Part shown: positions 1-6,513 of the stretch, in pieces
How the letters are laid out: every line of letters begins with the position of its first letter
Numbering within the stretch: the first letter of the stretch is position 1
DNA from: Hormoscilla sp.
GTDB taxonomy: Bacteria > Cyanobacteriota > Cyanobacteriia > Cyanobacteriales > Desertifilaceae
Direction: 5' to 3'
DNA length: 12,914 nucleotides
Assembly (NCBI GenBank): GCA_051439505.1
Contig: JBFRWI010000193.1
Span: 1 to 12,914, forward strand
The notes under the pieces: generated by a model
Told to the model about the DNA's origin: nothing
The model's database searches: none
Seen by the model: the letters and a program-made list of their open reading frames with translations, nothing else
Made by a program: the position numbers and the translations under genes

Positions 1-54
1 AGGCTGGCGATCACCCGTAGGTATCATGACTCCCCTAACGTAGGTCAAATCCAG

Positions 55-130
55 GACCTGCATCTTGCATCTCCCTAAGGGAGATAATTACCGGTATTGC
101 CGGAAATTACCGGATTTTATGCAAGAGTCT
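55..130. mobile_element. Putative end of an IS or MITE inserted into the esterase gene
   Basis: Inverted repeat TCTTGCAT (63-70)/ATGCAAGA (119-126), hairpin ATCTCCC-TAA-GGGAGAT (69-85) and three CCGG-containing short repeats (91-113). These coincide with the point where esterase similarity stops. Confidence 0.4.
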
Positions 131-444
131 GCTTGCTTGGCTAAAGTGCGACAGATACTGTCTTCCAGTTCCAGATCGCCTACTACCCAACCTCCCCCGT
201 GGAAGTACATTAGTATGGGAAATGCTGCTGGTGCTGCTGGACGGTAGATGCGGATAGGAATTTCTCCTACAGGACCTTTTATAGTGCGATCTTCCACCTG
301 GGCCAGGGGTTCTTTCTCGTGGGAGAAGCTAGCAGCTAAACCGTTTTGTTCCCTTGCCTGGGCCGGTTCTAACTCATTGAGCGGTGGCAGTCCCATCTGG
401 GCTATGCTATCTAGAAATGCCGGTGTTTCTGGATCGATCGGCAT
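88..444 (-). pseudogene. Truncated alpha/beta hydrolase (HSL/Aes-like esterase/lipase), N-terminal part only
   Basis: The translation has the typical cap region and IPIRIYRP...ILMYFHGGGWVVGD...ICRTLAKQAD. It then becomes unrelated (SCIKSGNFRQYR*) where VVSVDYRLAPE is expected. No GDSAG motif or continuation appears in any minus-strand frame of 1-87. Confidence 0.8.
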
Positions 445-459
445 ACAATTTCCCTTTAT

Positions 460-894
460 TCAAGAAGTGCGATCGCCTATGGCGGTCAACTCGCGAGCGC
501 CAAAAATCGCTTCAGCATGACTATAATACTTGAACTCCATCAAATTACCGAAGGGATCGGCTAAAAAGAAGGTACGATGTTCTGTGATCTGACCGGGAAA
601 GCGGTGCTTTGGCTGCTCGTAGAATTGTAAATGCTGCTGTTGCGCCCTTTCCAATAAAGCTTCCCAGTCCCCAAGGGCCGTAAAAATCAAGCCAAAATGT
701 CTGGGATAAATTCCCCGTTGAGGGGTCAGTGGTTCATTAGTCATATGGGCGACAAGCTGATGTCCGTACAGATTCATGATCGCCGCATTGCGGGTTTCGC
801 GACCGACTTGGCACCCCAAACCCTCGACATAGAATTCTTTGGTTTTGGCAATATCCGTGACTGGGAAGGCAAGATGAAATAATACTGGGTTCAT
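460..894 (-). CDS. VOC family (glyoxalase/bleomycin resistance/extradiol dioxygenase) protein
   Basis: FHLAFPV..FY..GLGC..GR, HQLVAH, PRHFG and TFFLADPFGNLMEFK motifs; 144 aa. Confidence 0.9.
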   Translation of the reverse strand: MNPVLFHLAFPVTDIAKTKEFYVEGLGCQVGRETRNAAIMNLYGHQLVAHMTNEPLTPQRGIYPRHFGLIFTALGDWEALLERAQQQHLQFYEQPKHRFPGQITEHRTFFLADPFGNLMEFKYYSHAEAIFGARELTAIGDRTS

Positions 895-895
895 G

Positions 896-951
896 GCTAA
901 TTGCTAATTGCTAATTGCTAATTGCTAATGGCTAATTGCTAATGGCTAATG
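896..951. repeat. Heptamer tandem repeat (GCTAATK)x8, STRR-like
   Basis: Eight consecutive GCTAATT/GCTAATG units read directly from the sequence. Confidence 0.95.
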
Positions 952-1004
952 GCCCACACCTGCCCTAATGGTAAAACAAAATCAGCGAATAATAATTATT
1001 TACC

Positions 1005-1769
1005 ATGCTCGATCGTATCTTTCTGTTCAATCCTTGGCTCGTTGCTGTAGCATTAAACACAGTTTTGCTAGCTATTGTCTGGTTTGCCCCGAAGAAGTTG
1101 CTTACCCTCCCTGGCATTTTCCATGCTTGGGTGCTGGGAGTGCTGATCTGGGGAACTCTGGGTTGGCAAGGCTATGTCATCGTTGCCTTCTATTTTCTCA
1201 TAGGTTCTGGCGTCACCCGCATCGGCATGGCCGAAAAGGAAGCAGCGGGAATAGCTGAAAAACGTTCCGGTGCCAGAGGACCGGAAAATGTCTGGGGTTC
1301 GGCCCTGACTGCTGCGATCTGTGCTGTGGGAGTCCTGGCGATCGACTTTCTCGGACAACCACAGGCTGCCATGCCTTTACTATTATTAGCCTATGTGGCC
1401 AGTTTCAGCACTAAACTCTCCGACACCTGCGCCAGTGAGGTGGGGAAAGCCTACGGTCAGCGCACCTTTCTGATTACTAATTTGCAACCAGTGGCCCGGG
1501 GCACGGAAGGGGCTGTCAGTTTGGAAGGGACTTTAGCCGGTGTAGTCGCTTCGGTGGCGATCGCCCTTTTGGGTTGGGGCGTCGGCCTGATAAACTTGAC
1601 AGGCGTGCTTTTATGTGTTATATCTGCTTTTATAGCCACCAACCTGGAGAGTCTGATCGGCGCTACCCTGCAATCGCGATTCACCTGGCTCACTAATGAG
1701 GTAGTGAATATTCTCAATACCGCGATCGGGGCCGGCGTTGCCGTCTTATTCGCCTTAGTGGTATCCTAG
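1005..1769 (+). CDS. DUF92/TIGR00297 family membrane protein (TMEM19/VTE6-like)
   Basis: Multiple hydrophobic helices with KEAAGIAEKRSGARGPENVWGS, SDTCASEVGKAYG and GTEGAVSLEGT motifs. Confidence 0.9.
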   Translation: MLDRIFLFNPWLVAVALNTVLLAIVWFAPKKLLTLPGIFHAWVLGVLIWGTLGWQGYVIVAFYFLIGSGVTRIGMAEKEAAGIAEKRSGARGPENVWGSALTAAICAVGVLAIDFLGQPQAAMPLLLLAYVASFSTKLSDTCASEVGKAYGQRTFLITNLQPVARGTEGAVSLEGTLAGVVASVAIALLGWGVGLINLTGVLLCVISAFIATNLESLIGATLQSRFTWLTNEVVNILNTAIGAGVAVLFALVVS

Positions 1770-1786
1770 TAAGTCCCGAAGGTCAT

Positions 1787-1821
1787 CAACCTACAACTAA
1801 CAACCCACAACCTACAACTAG
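1787..1821. repeat. Heptamer tandem repeat (CAAC-containing) x5, STRR-like
   Basis: CAACCTA CAACTAA CAACCCA CAACCTA CAACTAG just downstream of the DUF92 stop codon. Confidence 0.85.
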
Positions 1822-2103
1822 CCATTGTTAATTGTTAGATTATTCTGACAATTATTCCTTGGCTATTCACCTTTTTTAAGTTAGCAAATAAAAAAGTCAA
1901 GTTTTAGCGATGTTTTTTCGGACTTACTCTCCTGTTAGAGTTTACAGGATTTCAGGTAAATTAGGAGCGGACATTCGCCCTTCACAAGAGGCTGAAAACT
2001 ACGGTGTCAGGTGATTTGAAGCTAATTGACGAGTTTTTTTGTAGCAAGAGAGGATTGGGTTACCTATAATAAAAAGGTTAAATTAGCTCGGCGATCGCCC
2101 AGT

Positions 2104-2141
2104 TTTGTTACTTTTGATGCTGTTTGTTACTTTTGATGCTG
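2104..2141. repeat. Perfect 19-bp tandem duplication TTTGTTACTTTTGATGCTG x2
   Basis: Copies at 2104-2122 and 2123-2141. Confidence 0.95.
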
Positions 2142-2223
2142 TCAGGATAATTTCACATCGATGAGATGGTGATTGAATCGGGTTACAGTAGTTTTTAACC
2201 TTATCCGATAGGAGTACCGACCT

Positions 2224-2652
2224 ATGAACGCAGCCGAACAGGTAAATAATTTTGAAATCGCTAGCAAGGTGGCCGCTGTGGTGAATCTCTTTAAGTATGA
2301 GTTTCCCGATGTCAAAGTGGATTTAAAGCCTTGGATGAACGACCCGGATACCAGAAAACATGTAGATCCAGATTCTATTGACATTGGCTTCCATTTCCCC
2401 GGCTTCTGCCGGTCACTCCAAAGCCGCAGCATCCTGATTCAGATTCGCTTCCACCAAGACCCCTTGGAGGGATACAGAAGGGCGATCGGGGTGGAAGCCG
2501 GTGGTTACGACCATCAAGGACAACAGTGGCGATTTTCCACCATCGAGAATTGGCGGTTTGTGGGGGCTACCTCGCCGGTCCAGGAGGCAGCAGATAAGCT
2601 AAAACAGTTTTGCCGCCAGACTTTTGAGCTGTTCAATGGGTCCGGCAAGTGA
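2224..2652 (+). CDS. Conserved cyanobacterial hypothetical protein
   Basis: 142-aa ORF with an AGGAG RBS upstream. MNAAEQ..IASK.AAVVNLFK..FPD..DLKPW..DPDT...DPDSIDIGFHFPG matches a recalled cyanobacterial family of unknown function. Confidence 0.8.
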   Translation: MNAAEQVNNFEIASKVAAVVNLFKYEFPDVKVDLKPWMNDPDTRKHVDPDSIDIGFHFPGFCRSLQSRSILIQIRFHQDPLEGYRRAIGVEAGGYDHQGQQWRFSTIENWRFVGATSPVQEAADKLKQFCRQTFELFNGSGK

Positions 2653-2920
2653 TTATAGCACTCTTTTGAGAAGAAGGCAAGTAGTCCCAGGAGACTACTG
2701 CCCTCTTTGTTTAAGGATCGGGTGGACAGTCCAAGTTCAGAAGCGTTACCCGATGGGGATCCTAGCCTGCTATGGGATGCTCTATCAACAGGATAAAGAG
2801 GGTAAATAATAAAAGAGAAAAAATTTTTTGGCAAAATCGACAAAATATCTTAAGATTGTTGTAAGGATTCAACTTGTAAACCAAATTCGACGGGACAACT
2901 TTCATTAGGAGGACGATTAC

Positions 2921-4000
2921 ATGGCACTGGTACCAATGCGTCTGCTGCTGGATCACGCAGCCGAAAACGGTTACGGCATTCCAGCCTACAACGTGAACAA
3001 CATGGAGCAGATCATCTCCATCATGCAGGCTGCGGATGAGGCAGACAGTCCGGTGATTCTACAAGCTTCTCGGGGAGCCCGCAAATATGCAGGTGAAAAT
3101 TTCCTCCGGCACCTGATTATAGCAGCGGTGGAATCCTACCCCCATATTCCCATTGCTATGCACCAAGATCATGGTAATGCACCATCCACCTGCTACTCGG
3201 CCATGCGCAACGGTTTCACCAGCGTCATGATGGATGGCTCTCTGGAAGCCGATGCTAAGACCCCTGCTAGCTTCGAGTACAATGTGAATGTCACCGCTGA
3301 AGTGGTGAAAGTGGCTCACTCGATCGGTGCCAGCGTGGAAGGGGAACTGGGTTGCTTGGGTTCTCTGGAAACTGGCATGGGTGACAAGGAAGATGGTCAC
3401 GGCGCAGAAGGTGTCCTGAGTCGCGAACAGTTGTTGACAGATCCAGATGAAGCTGTGCAATTTGTGGAACAGACCCAAGTGGATGCCCTGGCAGTGGCGA
3501 TCGGCACCAGTCACGGCGCTTATAAATTCACCCGCAAGCCGACTGGTGAAATTCTGGCCATCAGCCGCATTGAAGAAATTCACAAACGTCTACCTAATAC
3601 CCACTTGGTGATGCACGGTTCTTCCTCTGTACCAGAAGACCTGATCGCAATTATTAACCAGTACGGCGGTAACATTCCCGAAACCTACGGTGTACCGGTT
3701 GAGGAAATTCAAAAGGGCATTAAGAGTGGTGTCCGCAAGGTGAACATTGATACGGACAACCGTTTGGCTATTACTGCTGCTATTCGCGAAGCTGCGGCCA
3801 AGGATCCCTCTAACTTCGATCCTCGTCACTTCCTGAAGCCTTCGATCAAGTACATGAAGCAAGTGTGTTTGGATCGCTATCAGCAGTTCTGGACCGCCGG
3901 TAATGCTAGCAAGATCAAGCAGGTAAGTCTTGATGATTTTGCTGCTAAGTATGCTAAGGGCGAACTGACTGCCGTGACGAAGACTCCTGTTGCGGTCTAA
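2921..4000 (+). CDS. fba: Fructose-bisphosphate aldolase class II (Calvin-cycle subtype, CbbA/FbaA)
   Basis: [15 protein letters not shown] start, [20 protein letters not shown] and KVNIDTD motifs; AGGAGG RBS at about 2907-2912. Confidence 0.98.
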   Translation: MALVPMRLLLDHAAENGYGIPAYNVNNMEQIISIMQAADEADSPVILQASRGARKYAGENFLRHLIIAAVESYPHIPIAMHQDHGNAPSTCYSAMRNGFTSVMMDGSLEADAKTPASFEYNVNVTAEVVKVAHSIGASVEGELGCLGSLETGMGDKEDGHGAEGVLSREQLLTDPDEAVQFVEQTQVDALAVAIGTSHGAYKFTRKPTGEILAISRIEEIHKRLPNTHLVMHGSSSVPEDLIAIINQYGGNIPETYGVPVEEIQKGIKSGVRKVNIDTDNRLAITAAIREAAAKDPSNFDPRHFLKPSIKYMKQVCLDRYQQFWTAGNASKIKQVSLDDFAAKYAKGELTAVTKTPVAV

Positions 4001-4048
4001 ATTTTTGTTGCAACAACCAGCAGTATCGATTATCCAGTTTTTTTGTCT

Positions 4049-4099
4049 AAGTTGAAGGGGGCGCGATCGCGCCCCCTTATTTTTGGCCCTAGCATGGCA
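4049..4099 (+). terminator. 51-bp repeat copy 1 with 24-bp perfect HIP1-centred palindrome; likely fba terminator
   Basis: AAGGGGGCGCGATCGCGCCCCCTT (4055-4078) followed by ATTTTT, about 55 bp after the fba stop. Confidence 0.75.
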
Positions 4100-4188
4100 G
4101 AGAAGAATGATGATGCACAACAGCTGATTCTCCTGTTATCGTAAAACGCCAGTGCAGGAAGCAACTTATATTTGCAGAGGTGAAGAGA

Positions 4189-4593
4189 ATGAGAATTGTC
4201 CTGAAGTCGAAGATCCATCGTGTTTGGGTGACTGATGCTAATCCCGACTACATCGGAAGTATCCTCATTGATGCTAACTTGATGGATAAGGCAGACATCT
4301 GGAATTTTGAAAAGGTGCTAGTCTGCGACGTGACTAACGGCAATCGCTTTGAGACCTACGCGATCGCGGGAGAAAGGGGGTCCGGCATCTGCTCGATACA
4401 GGGAGCCGCCGCTAGGCTGAGCAGCAAGGGTAACTGCCTGATAGTCATGTCTTTCCAAGTTACAAGTACGCCCGTCGATCCGAAGATGATCCTTGTTGAC
4501 AAAGAAAATCAGTTTGTTGAGTATTTAGGACCAGGGGAGATGCACGCTTCGCTAAATTCTCATCCTTGGCTACAGACACAAGTCGGACAATAG
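4189..4593 (+). CDS. panD: Aspartate 1-decarboxylase (pyruvoyl-dependent), atypical sequence
   Basis: KSKIHR, the YIG/S autocleavage site (4255-4260), NGNRFETYAI and GAAAR motifs. The GAGGTG RBS favours the ATG at 4189 over the GTG at 4180. Confidence 0.88.
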   Translation: MRIVLKSKIHRVWVTDANPDYIGSILIDANLMDKADIWNFEKVLVCDVTNGNRFETYAIAGERGSGICSIQGAAARLSSKGNCLIVMSFQVTSTPVDPKMILVDKENQFVEYLGPGEMHASLNSHPWLQTQVGQ

Positions 4594-4641
4594 AATCCTG
4601 AAAATCATTATTGCTTTTATCTTTGATCTTTTCAATTTTGC

Positions 4642-4692
4642 AAGTTGATGGGGGCGCGATCGCGCCCCCATATTTTTGGCCCTAGCATGGCA
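4642..4692 (+). terminator. 51-bp repeat copy 2 with 24-bp perfect HIP1-centred palindrome; likely panD terminator
   Basis: ATGGGGGCGCGATCGCGCCCCCAT (4648-4671) followed by ATTTTT; 49/51 identical to 4049-4099. Confidence 0.75.
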
Positions 4693-4797
4693 TTGGTAGA
4701 ATCTTGTCTGAGGATTTTGGCAATTCTACCTCCTTATTCAAGTATATTGTCAACAAAGTGGCATTGCTGCGACCAAGAAGAGAGTCAATACAAAAGC

Positions 4798-5025
4798 TTA
4801 ACTGTCCCTCTGCCAGCAGCGTTCTAACCATTCCACCAGTGTTGGGCGTTCGGCGGTAAATTGCTTAATAACGCTCTGGAGTTGAATAGCTGCTGTGGGA
4901 CCGTGGATATCAACCTTCAAGGGCTGATTGATGGAACACTCACAAGCGATATCTAATTCTTGCAGGCGTTGATAAACCTGCCATCTGTCTGGCTGGTTTA
5001 CCTGTTTGAAGGTTAATGGCTGCAC
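4798..5025 (-). CDS. Asr1405/Asl0597 family small protein
   Basis: DRWQVYQRLQELDIAC.C..NQPL.V.I....AAIQL.SV..Q......LV.WLERCW signature; GTG start with a GGAGGGG RBS. Confidence 0.85.
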   Translation of the reverse strand: MQPLTFKQVNQPDRWQVYQRLQELDIACECSINQPLKVDIHGPTAAIQLQSVIKQFTAERPTLVEWLERCWQRDS

Positions 5026-5300
5026 GTCTGTATCCCCTCCGCATTGACAATAGGTTTGTGGTCAGTAACCCCGGTTACTCTCGGTGCTTACTAATAACTA
5101 TTTCTAATTACTCCATCAATGATAGTGTAAATGAAAAGAAATGGCAATAGCTGCGGAAAAAAAATTAGAGAATTTTGCGGTTAGGGGAAAGCCGGTGGTA
5201 TCGGGAGTGGCCGATAACGCCGGTGAAGAAACAGGGTCGATCTCGTCAGATGGTTGATATACTCCGAAAGGGATCAACTTGCGCACGAGTGGGAATTGGG

Positions 5301-5490
5301 TGTCATTGCGAGGGGGGGGATCCCTGACCGAAGCAGTAGGAGAAATCACTGGCTCCCCCCCCCGTTAGCGTAGCGGCCCGACGCAGGAGGGCTAGCAATC
5401 TCCCCGCCCACAGCACTACCGAGATTGCTTCGGGGGGACTTACTCCTACTACAAAAGACCTCTCAATTATTCCCCCCCCTCGCAATGACA
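5301..5490. mobile_element. 190-bp MITE/REP-like element with perfect 20-bp terminal inverted repeats
   Basis: TGTCATTGCGAGGGGGGGGA (5301-5320) and TCCCCCCCCTCGCAATGACA (5471-5490), plus inner arms CCGAAGCA...GCAATCTC / GAGATTGCTTCGG. Confidence 0.8.
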
Positions 5491-5549
5491 TTCTATACTG
5501 TTCCAAAAAACGCAGTTTCTGACCGTTGGGAGTATATATCGTTCAGACA

Positions 5550-5615
5550 AGAAACCGGGTTTCTGCGACAAGCTATGGTGCAAAGAGCGAGAATATTGTA
5601 AGAAACCCGGTTTCT
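5550..5615. repeat. Paired AGAAACCSGGTTTCT palindromic repeat
   Basis: AGAAACCGGGTTTCT (5550-5564) and AGAAACCCGGTTTCT (5601-5615), which are reverse complements of each other. Confidence 0.9.
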
Positions 5616-5670
5616 GGCCACTCGCGAAGGTGACAACGTACCAACTCACGCATGACCACACCCCATAAGC

Positions 5671-5705
5671 AATTCAAAATTAAAAATTCAGAATTCAAAA
5701 TTTTG
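5671..5705. repeat. Degenerate heptamer tandem repeat (AATTCAA-like) x5
   Basis: AATTCAA AATTAAA AATTCAG AATTCAA AATTTTG. Confidence 0.8.
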
Positions 5706-5812
5706 AAAGCAATTGATAACAAGTGTTTCGGCGTTTCTGCCTGTGCAATTTTAATGCGCGACAGCTTACTCAATTTTACTCATTTAAGTACCTCCCCTTG
5801 TGTATTATCCTG

Positions 5813-5889
5813 GCTATTAAACAAGTAAATTGACGGTGGGCGATGCCCTACGATTAAATTCGCTATTAAACAAGTAAATTTACTTGTTT
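5813..5889. repeat. 19-bp direct repeat flanking a REP-like hairpin, plus a 22-bp palindrome (possible brnTA terminator)
   Basis: GCTATTAAACAAGTAAATT at 5813-5831 and 5862-5880; AAACAAGTAAATTTACTTGTTT (5868-5889) abuts the antitoxin stop codon. Confidence 0.8.
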
Positions 5890-6165
5890 TTAGGCGACAT
5901 CGCCAATAGTCGATCGCAGCAGATCGTTCACCAATTGACTAACACCCACACCTCGCTGTAGGGAGCGATCGTACAAAACTTTCATCAAGTCGGCATCCAC
6001 CTCAACTTCAAACTGTCGCCGTTTTATCTCCACCCTTTCTATAGATACGGTCTCCAAGCTATCTAAATAATCAGTCGTATCGTGGGTATCCCAAAAGTCT
6101 GCCGCCTCTTCATAGCTAGCAAATTCTTCGGGGATAGGTGTTATCTGGCTATGTTTATCGTTCAT
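5890..6165 (-). CDS. BrnA/CopG-like antitoxin
   Basis: IPEEFASYEEAADFWDTHDTTDY N-terminal motif and an RHH-like C-terminus (GVGVSQLVNDLL); overlaps the end of the toxin gene. Confidence 0.85.
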   Translation of the reverse strand: MNDKHSQITPIPEEFASYEEAADFWDTHDTTDYLDSLETVSIERVEIKRRQFEVEVDADLMKVLYDRSLQRGVGVSQLVNDLLRSTIGDVA

Positions 6166-6439
6166 AGTACCTCCGTTCTGATTTTGTCATATCCCGTGCC
6201 GAAATGGGCAATGCTGCTTTTAGCTGCGGTTTATAGATAAAGAAGACAACTAAATATCTGCTTCCATCAGTCTGACCGTAAGCAATATACAGATCTTCAC
6301 CTTTAACTTTTCCCTTCTGACTCTTCCGGATCAGAGGGTTGGAAAACAATATTTCCTCCACTTCATCTGTTGTCACTCCGTGCTTAATTGCAAGTTTCTC
6401 AATAAATCGGGTTTTCCAGATGATTTCGTACAGTTGCAT
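6155..6439 (-). CDS. BrnT family toxin (DUF497)
   Basis: KHGVT..EVEE, YIAYGQTDGSRYLVVFF and PISARDMTKSERRYY motifs. Confidence 0.9.
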   Translation of the reverse strand: MQLYEIIWKTRFIEKLAIKHGVTTDEVEEILFSNPLIRKSQKGKVKGEDLYIAYGQTDGSRYLVVFFIYKPQLKAALPISARDMTKSERRYYER

Positions 6440-6466
6440 TGTCGATTAGCAGGTTGATTCGCCTAT

Positions 6467-6475
6467 ATTATAGCA
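6467..6475 (-). promoter_or_regulatory. Extended -10 promoter (TGCTATAAT) for the brnT/brnA pair
   Basis: The minus strand reads TGTGCTATAAT, ending about 28 bp upstream of the toxin ATG. Confidence 0.6.
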
Positions 6476-6488
6476 CATTATAATGAAT

Positions 6489-6507
6489 GGGTGGGTCATG
6501 CCCACCC
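6489..6507. terminator. REP-like hairpin GGGTGGG-TCATG-CCCACCC after the dapL stop
   Basis: 7-bp perfect stem located 6 bp past the dapL stop codon. Confidence 0.55.
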
Positions 6508-6513
6508 CAATTT

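Noticed and set aside
3059..4218. Antisense ORFs over fba, and similar shadow ORFs over DUF92, dapL and glmS
   Set aside because: They lie opposite or out of frame with well-supported genes and show no family motifs.
4049..4692. CRISPR array or classical integron from the two 51-bp repeats
   Set aside because: There are only two copies 593 bp apart, no cas or intI gene in the window, and no clear attC R-box or extrahelical-base pattern.
5181..5230. Cobalamin riboswitch suggested by AGGGGAAAGCCGGTG
   Set aside because: The following AAATCCG..CTG.CCC.CAACTGT and B12-box motifs are absent, and no B12-related gene follows.
5116..5773. Short ORFs 5116-5349, 5303-5506, 5467-5661 and 5573-5773
   Set aside because: They run through repeats (QKPGF, ILNSEFLILN and poly-G translations) and have no recognisable domains.
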